Source: Octopus vulgaris
Taxonomy: Eukaryota
DNA length: 64,000 bases
Direction of reading: 5' to 3'
Assembly (NCBI GenBank): GCA_951406725.2
Contig: OX597836.1
Coordinates: 11,346,001 to 11,410,000 of the forward strand
Both the position numbers and the translations under genes were made by a program. The notes beneath the pieces were generated by a model. It was not told where the DNA came from. It worked only from the letters and a program-made list of their open reading frames with translations, and did no database searches. This document shows, piece by piece, positions 1-12,497 of this stretch. Every line of letters begins with the position of its first letter. Position 1 is the first letter of the stretch.

Positions 1-675
1 GAAAGAATAAACTGGCATACCAGTTATTTAATACGTAAACAATTCTAATATTGTGGGTGGGGGGGGTTCATCAGAGAACAATTATTTATGTTTACCCAGT
101 GATTTTCTCCCATCAAACCATCGGCAAATGCAGTAAAATTAACGTTTTGCTGATGAGGTCGAAATAAGACCAAAACATATCTCGATTTGTTTCCCATACT
201 CGTTGTATTAAATAAAAATATATTAGTAAATTTTTCATATTTTTTATTATTTATTTGTTTCCTCAAGTGAATGAATTTTATCTAGTAAAAGCATTTAATG
301 TTCCTCGTATTAAATTTATTAAAAGTAAAACAACTATTGAACAAAAAAAATGGTGTTTCAGAAGAGAAATCGGAATTATTTGATATGAAAGAAAATTGAC
401 TTAAAGTAACGAGGATGAAGAATAGTTGAGATCAGTTTCTACGATGATACGGCATAAAAAAATAAATTTAGAAACACGAGAAGAAGAAATTGAATTTTCA
501 CAGAGAAACAGCAGTTAACGAAACCATGGCCATATTCAATGTATGCTCAAAGAACTCTTCTTTAACTCATTTTAGCTGCGTTCGGCGTTAAGGAAGTGGG
601 AGGAGATTTAGTCACTACTGTATGGTTAATAAAAGTCAGAGCTAAGCTGAAGGAACTGCATATATACATATATAT

Positions 676-724
<49 letters not shown>

Positions 725-1765
725 CATACATACATACATACATACATGCATATATATATGTATATATATATATGTGTGTGTGTGTGTGCGTGTGTATGTA
801 TATATATATACATACACATACATGTGTATATATATACATACATAATACATACATACATATATACATATATATACACACATATCTTTATATGTATATATGT
901 ATGTATATATATATGTATGTATATATATGTATATATGTATGTATGTATGTATGTATATATATATGTGTGTGTATGGATGTATATATGTATGTATGTATAT
1001 GCAGTTTTTTTGTTCTTCCCGAGCACAGACAGACATCGGATTGGATTTAAAGAAAGTCAGTTTCACAAGTACTATTGATCAATTTATCGATAAGTCAGTC
1101 ACTAAGATTTAGCGGGAGATTTGGAAAGACGCATTTATAAAACTAAAAAAAAGAATTTCAAAAATACAAAAAAAATAAATAAAAAAATAAAATGAGAGAA
1201 AGAAATAACGAAAAATTTTCAATAATAAAAACCATCGAATAGATCAGCATAATTATGGGTTGTAACTAAGCTATTGTGAGAGGTTTATCGAAAAACTGCG
1301 CAGATTGAGGTCACTTTAGATAGTAACACTATTTGACATCGTATCTAACAGTTTCTTTTAGAAGTTTTATTCCAGTATTCTCTTTACAGGTTTCAGTTAT
1401 TGGAGCACGGCCATGCTGGAGCAATTCCTTTAGGCGTTTGAGTCGATTATATCGACCGAAATATACTTTGTCTGGTCTGATTTTGGTTTGGTTTTGGTTT
1501 GGTTTTGGTTCGCTCTGATCTGGCCTGCTCTGATCTCGTGTAGCTTCGATATTTTTATCGATCTCTTTACATTAGTGACGTAAGACAGGTCTGCATTCTA
1601 GTAAATGGTCGTTAATTCAGACGAGAACAAATAGCTCAGAGTATTTTTGCTCGACGCAGATATTTTCTTCTTCCCGCTCACGACCACAACCGCGCAGATA
1701 TAGACACACTAGATAAATCATAAATCCTACGCTGTCATACATGCATACATAAATACATACATACA

Positions 1766-1797
<32 letters not shown>

Positions 1798-1806
1798 CAT
1801 ATACAT

Positions 1807-1902
<96 letters not shown>

Positions 1903-1945
1903 AAACAAGTCAAGATAGAAAATGCTAAAATAATTTTATAAAGAA

Positions 1946-1993
1946 CATTTCAGTACTGGTTTCGATCATTTTGAGACCTTTTCAACTGTAACG
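1946..1993 (-). ncRNA. Type-I hammerhead ribozyme motif, U3-A8 core variant (Penelope-like element remnant)
   Basis: Minus strand reads CGTTACAG TTGAAAA GGTC TCAAAAT GATC GAAA CCAG TA CTGAAATG. Helix I is CGUUACAG/CUGAAAUG with one mismatch. Core is UUGAAAA, helix II is GGUC/GAUC, helix III is near-palindromic ACCAGU, and the cleavage triplet is GUA. Confidence 0.65.
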
Positions 1994-2163
1994 ATTAAAT
2001 AAGTAAATTTAGAAAAATTAAAAGAAAAGTTTTTTTAAAGGAATACTTGTATAGTGTTCAAATATAAGTGGCATTTTTCTTGTTTCTGCCTTTCTCTGTC
2101 TATCTAGCATTTTCTATCTTGACTTGTTTTTTCATATATATCAACTCGTGTGTTCCTTTTCAC

Positions 2164-2253
<90 letters not shown>

Positions 2254-2284
2254 AGAGTTCACGACAGGCATCAACAGCAGTAGT

Positions 2285-2480
2285 GGAGGCGCAATGGCCC
2301 AGTGGTTAGGGCAGCGGACTCGCGGTCGTAAGAACTCGGTTTCGATTCCCAGAGCAAGCATTGTGAGTGTTTATTGAGCAAAAACGCCTAAGCTCCACGA
2401 GGCTCCGGCGGGGAGAGGTGGTGAACCCCGCTATACTCTTTCAAAACAACTTTCTTTCACTTTTCCTTCCTACTTCTTCC
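2285..2480 (+). mobile_element. SINE family B head (tRNA-like), 3' truncated
   Basis: GGAGGCGCAATGGCCCAGTGGTTAGGGCAGCGGACTCGCGGTC with A-box TGGCCCAGTGG and B-box-like GGTTTCGATTCC. The same head recurs many times in the window. Confidence 0.85.
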
Positions 2481-2767
2481 ACAAATCAGAGGAACCATGG
2501 TGTAACTCACTATAGTGTGGTAAAACTTTCAGACCCTAGTCTAGATTGCGAATCCTCTGTACCCCAGGATGGTTCAGCTCTCCAGTCGTTAAAGGCCATC
2601 GTTTACGGAATGAGGGCAACAACGTAGCTTTCGCGCCCCCGTGCAACCGCCAGTCTATCGCGTGTGGTGGGTGGATCTTCAAGCTGCTGCACGCATTCTT
2701 AGTAGTAGCTTAGGGTGGGCTCGAATTAGAGATTATTAATTCGTGGCTAATGGCGTGAATCCTGATT

Positions 2768-3192
2768 GGAAGAAGAAGAAGAAGGAGGAGGAGGAGGAGG
2801 AGGAGGAGGAGGAGAAGGAGAAGAAGAAGAAGAAGAAGAAGGAGGAGGAGGAGGAGGAGGAGAAGAAGAAGAAGAAGAAAAAGAAAAAGGAGGAGAAGGA
2901 AGAGGAGGAGGAGAAGAAGAAGGAGGAGGAGAAGAAGAAGAAGGAGGAGGAGAAGAAGAAGAAGGAGAAGAAAGAGGAGGAGAAAAAGGAGAGGGAGGAG
3001 AAGAAGAAGAAGAAGAAGAAGAAGAAGAAGAAAAAGAAGAAGAAAAAGAAAAAGGAGAAGGAGAAGGAAGAGGAGGAGGAGGAGAAGAAGAAGAAGGAGG
3101 AGGAGGAGAAGAAGAAGAAGGAGGAGGAGGAGAAGAAGAAGGAGGAGGAGGAGGAGAAAAAGGAGAGGGAAGAGAAGAAGAAGAAGAAGAAA
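2768..3192 (+). repeat. Pure polypurine (GAA/GAG)n tract, about 425 bp
   Basis: Only A and G on the + strand across the interval. It produces the spurious poly-K/E, poly-E/G and poly-L/F ORFs. Confidence 0.95.
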
Positions 3193-3882
3193 TAACAGCA
3201 GTAATAGCCGTTCAAGAATTTGGACCTGGAGATCTCCATTTGCAGCGACTTCGAGGGCCACCTCCCAGTGGTGTCGGGCTTCAGCGAAGGGCACTCGACT
3301 ATAACAAGACGACCAAAGTCTTTCTTTTATTTTTCCAAGGTCTGGGATCTCCCGCCCCTAAGTCCTAGACCATCACCTAATCACCCTTACCCGTCTTGTT
3401 GCTCAACAACAACAGCAGCAACAACAACTGCAGCAGCAGCAGTAACAACAACAACACCTGTTGTGCAGCAATATCCATAATGTTATGCAAAAATTCTAGA
3501 TCGATATGACAGATGCAGTAATATAGTAGATAGTAATAAGTGATCTATTTGGTGATTTTTATTGAGAGATGTATAGACGAGCGGAAAGTTATAGAATACA
3601 TGAGCGAGAAATACTCTTTAGTAGCTGTGTTTGATTAACCAAATAAGGGATGTCTGCTCAGTATTTACCAGTTCTATTTACCTGGAACGAAACGCACACC
3701 CCCCACGGCCAGGTTTTATATCAGCCCAATAAATATACAATCATCAAATGTTGTTTATTCTGAGCACACTTGCAAGTTCGTCCAATAAAAGAACCATCCC
3801 TTCAGGTAAGAGGAAGAGATTGTATGCGCGTGAGTGTGTCTATATGTGTGTATGTGTGTGTGTGTGTGCGTGGATGTGTGAG

Positions 3883-3920
<38 letters not shown>

Positions 3921-4593
3921 ATTTTTCTGTGTGTTGTGTGTGTGTAAGTCTGTGTGTGGTTGTATATTAATGAGAATGAATCGTTTGACGCAATGTCCGA
4001 CAAACGTAGTTAAAGGGACACCGAGGTGAAAGAAGGGGGTGTGTAGTGAGGAAGGGAAAGTATGTGCCTCTGTGTGTACGTGTATCAGTGTGTGTGTGTG
4101 TGTGTGTGTGTATCCGTGTGCGTCTAGCTTTGTTCCTGTGGACGTACGCACATACGTAATTCCATGTATTTATGTATTTAGATACAATGCTTAACCAGGT
4201 AAGATATATATATATATGTATGTATTTATGTATGTATGTATATATGTACGTACGTACATGCATATCGATACACACATACAGACACATGCATATATACATA
4301 TGTATACAGACATATATACATATACGTACATAAACGCAAATATATATATGCATATATATATATATACATATGTATGTGTCTAGGAGGGTAACTTTCTAGG
4401 TGCAATCCCATATATATGTACTATATACTTATATATGTGTATGTGCGTATGTGTCTATGCATATATACCTACATACGCACACATACACACACACACATAA
4501 ATGTACATACATACATAACATACACACACACACACATAAATGTACATACATACATAACATACACACACACACATAAATGTACATACATACATA

Positions 4594-4639
<46 letters not shown>

Positions 4640-4647
4640 GTACGCAT

Positions 4648-4808
4648 CATAGAAGTAGGTGGGTGGTAAGTAGCTTCTTTACCAACCACAAGATCCCGAG
4701 TTCAGTCTCACTGCGTAGGGATCTTGGGCAGGTGTCTTCTACTATAGCCTCATGCTGACCAAAGCCTTGTGAGTGGATTTGGTAGACGGAAATTGAAAGA
4801 AGACCGTC

Positions 4809-4812
<4 letters not shown>
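4648..4812 (+). mobile_element. SINE family A, 5' part (degenerate)
   Basis: TGGTAAGTAGCTT...GTTCAGTCTCACTGCGT...GTGAGTGGATTTGGTAGACGGAAA, matching the full copies at 8297 and 23213. Confidence 0.8.
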
Positions 4813-4891
<79 letters not shown>

Positions 4892-4954
4892 ACCTGTGTG
4901 TACATGTCTCTGTGTGTATGCGCGTGTGTCTAGCTTTGTTCCTTATATATACAT

Positions 4955-5225
4955 GTGTAACCACATCAGATGTTGTTACACATCGCTGGTCACAATGCGT
5001 TCGCATTGTTTTAGCCTTTGAATGACGCCACCCCGCTGGCTAAGCGAGCAGGCTAACAGAGGAAAGAGTGGGAGTACAGCAGGGATCACCACCCGCTGCC
5101 GGAGCATCGTGGAGCTTTAAGGTGTTTTCGCTCAATAAACACACACAACGCCGGTCTGGGAATCAAAACCGCGATCCTCCGACCGCGAGTCCGCTGCCCT
5201 AACCACTGAGCCATTGCGCATCCAC
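4955..5225 (-). mobile_element. SINE family B with tail type 2
   Basis: Reverse complement of the family B head plus the tail GCCTGCTCGCTTAGCCAGCGGGG...GTGACCAGCGATGTG, also seen at 30195-30447 and 44953-45066. Confidence 0.8.
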
Positions 5226-5228
5226 CAT

Positions 5229-5309
<81 letters not shown>

Positions 5310-5775
5310 TATATATATATATATATATTATTTGTACATATATATATATATATATATATCTATGTGTTTGTACGCATTATTTAGGCGTGTAGGCGTGTAG
5401 AGATTTTGTACTGGCACACATCAGTAAGTGAGCCTATATAATTTTAACAGCGTATGTTCTGCCGGTTAACGGAACAGCCTTGACAGCAACACCGTAAAGC
5501 AGAACGCAAATCTTAGCAAGTGATTATTACAGTCGCAATCAAGAATCATGTCTAAAATAAATATGAGCAACTAAACTGTTCGACCGTTTTGCAAAGATAT
5601 TCTCTGATTACATTCCAAGAATTGCAACTCTACTAATGGCTGAAAATGTCTCTGATATATAATGGTAGGCGGGAACAACGATAGAGGGAAAAAAATGAAA
5701 AGCGTTGTGCGCATACTGAATCTAACTAACTGGTAAGAGTCCTCAATGCAGCTTATCACGGCACACGAAACCAGA

Positions 5776-6298
<523 letters not shown>

Positions 6299-6324
6299 TG
6301 CTTAAGGCAGTATGATTTTGTGTC

Positions 6325-6380
6325 TATGCGACCTGAAGTTTCGCGGGCTTGATTCCGGAATCAGTCTCTTTCAGGATTAG
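6325..6380 (-). ncRNA. Degenerate hammerhead-like motif
   Basis: Minus strand reads CTAATC CTGAAAGA GACTGATTC CG GAATCAAGCCCGC GAAA CTTCAGG TC GCATAG. The core has an extra nucleotide and helix I is poor. Confidence 0.3.
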
Positions 6381-6464
6381 ATCTCTAATTCTCTAATCAA
6401 GCCGACTTAAGCTGTCTTAAATAATATATGTAATCCCTGAAAATGTATTGAATGCTTGTCTTCT

Positions 6465-6612
6465 CGAACTCAGTACACCACTTGTACTTAATTTATCGAC
6501 CCCGAAAGAACGAAAGGCAAAGTCGACTTCAGCGGAATTTGAACTCAGAACGTAAAGACAGACCGCTAGGCATTTCGCCCGTCCTGCTAACATTTCTGCC
6601 AGGTCGCCGCCT
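6465..6612 (-). mobile_element. SINE family C
   Basis: TTTATCGACCCCGAAAGAACGAAAGGCAAAGTCGAC...TTTGAACTCAGAACG...GTCGCCGCC is the reverse complement of the family C head. Confidence 0.8.
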
Positions 6613-6807
6613 TCTCATTCTATATTCACGTCATCTTGCTTTCACTGATTACGCTAATCGGTGGTTCACCGTAAATAGTCTACTGAACAAAAGGGTTAAG
6701 CAGTAATGTTGCTTAATTAAAAAAAAAAGCCTTGCTACAAGTTGAGATATGGATACACACATCCAGACTTAGATACATACACACATATATAAATGCATAC
6801 ATACATA

Positions 6808-6990
6808 GGCGCAGGAATGGCTGTGTGGTAAGTAGCTTGCTAACCAACCACATGGTTCCGGGTTCAGTCCCACTGCGTGGCATCTTGGGCAAGTATCTTC
6901 TGCTATGGCCCCGGGCCGACCAATGCCTTGTGAGTGGATTTGGTAGAAACAAGTAATTTGACTGAAACAAGTAAAAGAGTAAAAGAGTAT
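6808..6990 (+). mobile_element. SINE family A, internally deleted (head joined to tail)
   Basis: GGCGCAGGAATGGCTGTGTGGTAAG...GGATTTGGTAG, then almost directly TGACTGAAACAAGTAAAAGAG. Confidence 0.8.
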
Positions 6991-7136
6991 ACATAAATAC
7001 ATACATCCATGCATACATACAGACATATATATATCCATGCATGCACGCATAAATACATATATACATACATGCATGCATGCATACATTCATGCATAAAGCA
7101 AATAACAGAGATGGAAAATGGAATCCAAGGGAGACT

Positions 7137-7255
7137 TTGTTGCACACAACGATCGTTTCGACACATCATATAGCGATCCCTCACGGATGTGAAATTATGC
7201 AACTAGATTTGGGGCATTCCTCGGTGCTGAAGCTTCTCGTCAGGTGATGTAACAA
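7137..7255 (-). ncRNA. Type-I hammerhead ribozyme motif with large helix-II insertion
   Basis: Minus strand reads TTGTTACATCAC CTGACGA GA[about 73 nt]TC GAAA CGATCG TT GTGTGCAACAA. The CUGACGA/GAAA core is canonical. Helix I is about 10 bp with a bulge, helix III is the palindrome ACGAUCGU, and the triplet is GUU. Confidence 0.72.
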
Positions 7256-7385
7256 GAAGTATCTCCTTAAATAAATTCTATTTCATATCGGTTTAATACA
7301 AGGAACATAAGTAGCACTTAAATATTTACTTAAAAACACACATACATACATAGATACATAACCATGTACATAAGCATACATTCAT

Positions 7386-7461
<76 letters not shown>

Positions 7462-7574
7462 CTGCGTCTGTGTGTGTATGTGCCTGTGTGCGTGTATATA
7501 TATATATATATATATATATACTTGATAACTGTAAGCACCTGTATATGCCAGCTAGTGGTATAGGTGATAGGATA

Positions 7575-7803
7575 TATGTATCAAAAGAAAAACAGGACGC
7601 AAAGGATTTTGCGGTACATATGTTTCTGGCTTTTTTGAACAATTTATATCAATGCATAATTGATATAACAGGTAGGTCAACAGCCTTCTTCAGCCAAGGC
7701 TTTTGACCTACCTGTTATATCAATTATGTATTGATATAAATTGTTCAATAAAGCCAGAAACATATGTACCGAAAAATCCTTTGCGTCCTGTTTTTCTTTT
7801 GAT

Positions 7804-7808
<5 letters not shown>
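7575..7808. repeat. Fold-back inverted repeat, 113-bp arms, 8-nt loop, about 4 mismatches
   Basis: TATGTATCAAAAG...AGCCTT (7575-7687) is the reverse complement of AAGGCT...CTTTTGATACATA (7696-7808). Confidence 0.95.
7611..7696 (-). ncRNA. Type-I hammerhead motif within the fold-back
   Basis: Minus strand reads TGG CTGAAGA A GGCT[extended hairpin]AGCC A GAAA CATATG TA CCGC. Helix III is the palindrome ACAUAUGU and the triplet is GUA. It is homologous to 9051-9128. Confidence 0.65.
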
Positions 7809-7860
<52 letters not shown>

Positions 7861-7936
7861 AAATTTATAGAGAATCAAAAGAGGAAAACTGGTGTATGAA
7901 CAACAATTAGTTCGACTCTTGGGAAGATGAATAAGT

Positions 7937-7972
7937 CTTTTACATTTCGAGCCTACGCTCTTCAACAGAGAG
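7937..7972 (-). ncRNA. Minimal hammerhead-like motif, U6 variant
   Basis: Minus strand reads CTCT CTGTTGA A GAGC GTAG GCTC GAAA TG TA AAAG. A sister copy lies at 45253-45288. Confidence 0.5.
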
Positions 7973-8296
7973 GATTAAGAGAAAATATATTGAGAGAGGA
8001 TGAAAAAGATCTCGTAAATTTAGCGGTCAAGCTTGGCGTGTGTATATATCTGAATGTGTGCGTGTGTGTATGTTATGTATGTATGCGTGGAATTATATAT
8101 AGATACAGATAAAGTAATAGATATATACATTCATACATTTATGCGTCCATTTATAAATACATATCTATGCATAGGCATACATTCATACAAACCTGGATAC
8201 AGAAAGACAGACAGACACATTCTTGCATACGTTCATACATAAAAACACACATGGCTACATACTAACAGCCATACATACATGATTCATGCATATATA

Positions 8297-8457
8297 GGCG
8301 CAGGAGTGGCTGTGTGGTAAGTAGGTTGCTTAACAGTCAAATGGTTCCAGGTTCAGGCCAGCTACGTGGCATCTTGGGCACGTGTCTTCTGCTATAGCCT
8401 CGCGCCTACCGAAGCCTCGTGAGTGGATTTGGTAGACGGAAACTGAGAGAAGCCTGT

Positions 8458-8511
<54 letters not shown>

Positions 8512-8732
8512 TGTATACATACGCACACATGTGTGTGTGTTTGTCCCCCACATTCGCTTAGCAATCGATGTTGGTGTGTTTACGGCCCCATAAGTTAGCG
8601 GTTTCTATACAAGATACCTATAGAATAAGTACTGGGCTTACAAAAAATAAGTCATGTGGTCGATTTGATCGACAAAAGGCGGTGCTCCAGCATGGCCGCA
8701 GTCAAAATGACTGAAACAAATAAAAGAATAAA
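8297..8732 (+). mobile_element. SINE family A, full length with internal (TA)n(TG)n
   Basis: Head GGCGCAGGAGTGGCTGTGTGGTAAG, internal microsatellite, tail GGCGGTGCTCCAGCATGGCCGCAGTCAAAATGACTGAAAC. Confidence 0.9.
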
Positions 8733-9050
8733 TGATTATCCATACAACTCTTTATATCTTTATCCTCTACATTTTTATATTATTTTATATTATTCTATAC
8801 GTATATATTTTATACATATTTTTTATCCCTCGTCCCGAACTCTCGCCCCTCCATCTTCACATATACGTATTTATTTATTTACATTACCATCAACATCCAC
8901 ACATTTGCTCATACGTATATTGACGTCGAAGCATATGTGGATACATACATACGTCCGTACGTCGCATTATGTCGTACGTGAAACGAGAGGATTTGCATCC
9001 CCAACCAAGAATTTTTGATGTAACACATGTCCTTGTGGAAGCTGCTGTGC

Positions 9051-9128
9051 GCGGCTGAAGAAGGCCACAGACACACATTATGCTTTGTTATAAATCTGTC
9101 TAATAAAGGCCCGAAACATATGTACCGC
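9051..9128 (+). ncRNA. Type-I hammerhead ribozyme motif
   Basis: GCGG CTGAAGA A GGCC..AGACA[loop]TGTCT..GGCC C GAAA CATATG TA CCGC. Helix I GCGG/CCGC is perfect, helix III is palindromic, and the triplet is GUA. Confidence 0.7.
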
Positions 9129-9236
9129 TGAATCCTTTGCCTCATGTTTTTATTTTTATTTTGATCAATTTACTCCACCACCTACACCACCAAACGGTAT
9201 ACACAGGTGCTTATAATTATCAAGTACTCACCCCGA

Positions 9237-9280
<44 letters not shown>

Positions 9281-9530
9281 ACATACGCACACATGTGTGT
9301 GTGTTTGTCCCCACATTCGCTTAGCAATCGTTGTTGGTGTGTTTACGGCCCCATAAGTTAGCGGTTTCTATACAAGATACCTATAGAATAAGTACTAGTC
9401 TTACAAAAAATAAGTCATGTGGTCGATTTGATCGACAAAAGGCGGTGCTAGCATGGCCGCAGTCAAAATGACTGAAACAAATAAAAGAATAAATGATTAT
9501 CCATACAAGCATATATACACATATACATGC

Positions 9531-9593
<63 letters not shown>

Positions 9594-9963
9594 TAAATAT
9601 ATATATATGTATATATATATAAACATACATATATGAACATATACATACATTTGTACAACCATACAACATACACACATATGCACATACGTATATACGTCGT
9701 GCATATGTGGATACATACATACGTCCGTACGTCGTGCATATATTTATACATAGATACATACATACAATCATACATATTTAACTTTACAAGCCAAACTTTT
9801 TTCTAAGATCCCCGCTAATGAGCGTGTGGCGTAACGGATTCACTCGAATTTTTCTCTTATAAGCACGGAGCGCTGTAATCATTCTCCTTTGGCTTCTAGC
9901 ATCTTCTTCACTGATGAATCCTCATTAATGACGAAATTACAACTCATCTGGGTGTATGTATAT

Positions 9964-10057
<94 letters not shown>

Positions 10058-10125
10058 TATATATGTATATATGTATATACTTATATATATATGTATATAC
10101 GTATATGTATGTATATATATATATG

Positions 10126-10158
<33 letters not shown>

Positions 10159-10623
10159 ATTTATGTACATACTTACGTATATAAATGTGTGTATATGTAC
10201 ATATATATATATATATATAGATAAGAAAAAAAAAATATATATATGGGGTGTTTGGTGTATGTATTAATTCTGGATATCTACTTATCAAGCTCTCTGTAAA
10301 TTTTTGTATATCATATTATACTATGTGACACTAAATACAATCCCTCTCCTTCTCTCTCTCTCTCTCTCTCTCTCTTTCTTCCTCTCTGACTCACTCTTAC
10401 TTCAATGGCCCTAAGATATGCAAATAGATATTTTCAATGACATACGTATATGTGTGTGTGTCTATACATATATATGTGTATGCGTGTGTACGTGTGCATA
10501 AGCATGTTTATTATATGTATATCCGCGCGTGTGTATGTATATATATATACACTCGTGCGCACACACATGCACACATACACACATATATCCATACATAATA
10601 GAAAATACGAATAGATCATCTCA

Positions 10624-11121
10624 TATTGATACAATTGTTTCATTAGGAGAGTATTATTTTAACATGGGAAGCACTCTGTCGGTTACGACGACGAGGGTTC
10701 CGGTTGATCCGAATCAACGGAACAGCCTGCTCGTGAAATTAACGTGTAAGTGGCTGAGCATTCCACAGACACGTGTACCCTTAACGTAGTTCTCGGGGAT
10801 ATTCAGCGTGACACAGAGAGTGACAAGGCCGGCCCTTTGAAATACAGGTACAACAGAAACAGGAAGTAAGAGTGAGAGAAAGTTGTGGTGAAAGAGTACA
10901 GCAGGGATCACCACCATCCCTACCGGAGCATCGTGGAGCTTTAGGTGTTTTCGCTCAATAAACACTCACAACGCCCGGTCTGGGAATCGAAACCACGATC
11001 CTACGACCGCGAGTCCTCTGCCCTAACCACTGGGCCATTGCGCCTCCTATTTTAACATAAGCCTAATACAATTAGATTGTTTAATATATTATATATTCCC
11101 AACTCATCAGGCTACCCAATA
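10624..11121 (-). ncRNA. Degenerate hammerhead motif split by the SINE B insertion
   Basis: With the SINE removed, the minus strand reads TATTGGGTAGC CTGATGA GTTGGGA...TCCTAAT GAAA CAATTG TA TCAATA. Helix II is 7 bp and helix III is the palindrome ACAAUUGU. Helix I is partly deleted. Confidence 0.45.
10666..11047 (-). mobile_element. SINE family B, full length (tail type 1), with 11-bp TSD
   Basis: Flanked by the direct repeat TATTTTAACAT at 10655-10665 and 11048-11058. The tRNA-like head is at the right end. Confidence 0.92.
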
Positions 11122-11529
11122 AGCAACTGGGCGGTGAGGATTTTCTTAAGCAAAAAGCGATTTCCGGAGGCTTCGGGGTTATGTTCTTCGAGAACACTTC
11201 CAAAAGCAAAGACAATTCTTACGAAACGGTTGTCTGGTGAAGAAGCGCGATTTTCCAGCACGTAGCTTCGATTTCATTTCCACTACGCGTTTCTTTGCCC
11301 AATTGTTTTCTGCTATAGCGCCAAGCCAACCAATGGCTTGTATGTGGATTCTGTAGACGGAAACTGTATGGGAAGCTATGTGTGTGTAACTTTGAATTTT
11401 TAATTGTAACCGGACGTCGGCATCATCTCAACTTATTCTTACAAAAGAATTAAAACAGAAAATCCCACATCTCATAGCGTCAACACTTTTTCCAAAACGT
11501 TCTTAGAATCATCATATTATATTTATTCT

Positions 11530-11862
11530 TTTATTTGTTCTGATGATTTGACTGCGGCCACGCTGGAGCATAGCCTTTAGTCGAACTAATCGACCCTAGA
11601 ACTTATTTTTTCTAAGCCTAGTTCTTATTCTATCCGTCTCTTTCGCCGAACTGATAATTTATGGGGACATAAATACACCAACATCGGTTGTCAGGCGATG
11701 GCGATGGGGAGGGGCAAAAACAGATACTGTCTACCAAATCCTCTCACAAGCCTTTGGTCAGCCTGACGCTATAGTGGAAGACACTCGCCCAAGATGCCTC
11801 GCAGTGGGACTGAACCCTGAACCATGAGGCTGGGAAGGAATCTTCTTACCATACAGCCACAG
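11530..11862 (-). mobile_element. SINE family A (degenerate)
   Basis: TTTGACTGCGGCCACGCTGGAGCA...GCAGTGGGACTGAACC...TTACCATACAGCCAC. Confidence 0.8.
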
Positions 11863-12238
11863 TACCATACAGCCACAGTATCATACGTTCAAACAGCTAC
11901 AACGCTTCATCTTATTTTTGGACGTTTTAGATTAACCCTCACAATTATTTAATCGAAAAACGAAGGACTTCTGGCCTGAGGCCACATGCGGTATTTTTGG
12001 TGTTATAAAAGTTGCGGCCTGCCGTCTGTCTGCAAATCACAAATGCAGTCTTAACTTTGGCACGCTGCTCTGTTCTGGGGAATCAATACCGTCTCGTGTA
12101 ATATAAGTCAAACGTTGCTTGAGATATCAGACAAATATTATACAGAGAGGAATATTTTAATGTTGTTATTATTAAAAGTTACCACGAACAATGTTCAAAA
12201 ACCAAATATTGGATTAACATCTTATTGGCTGTTTATAT

Positions 12239-12300
<62 letters not shown>

Positions 12301-12401
12301 CACTTAACGTTATTTCTATTATCAAATATTTTCTATTTTCTATTTTCTTCACGTCTTACTATTATCAACTTAGAAGAAAACAGATATATCTCCGATTGAT
12401 T

Positions 12402-12436
<35 letters not shown>

Positions 12437-12448
12437 TGTTATTATTAA

Positions 12449-12497
<49 letters not shown>

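Noticed and set aside
148-172. CTGATGAGGTCGAAA hammerhead-like core
   Set aside because: There is no room for helix II and no matching helix I or III.
2285-2360. tRNA genes at SINE heads (also 62522-63115 and about 22660-22725)
   Set aside because: A/B boxes are present, but there is no complete cloverleaf or acceptor stem, and most continue into SINE bodies.
2710-3368. Poly-K/E, poly-E/G and poly-L ORFs
   Set aside because: They are read-throughs of the GAA/GAG tract with no domain-like flanks.
9905-9950. CTGATGA ATCCTCATTAATGAC GAAA
   Set aside because: The core spacing is suggestive, but helix III, the UH triplet and helix I cannot be formed.
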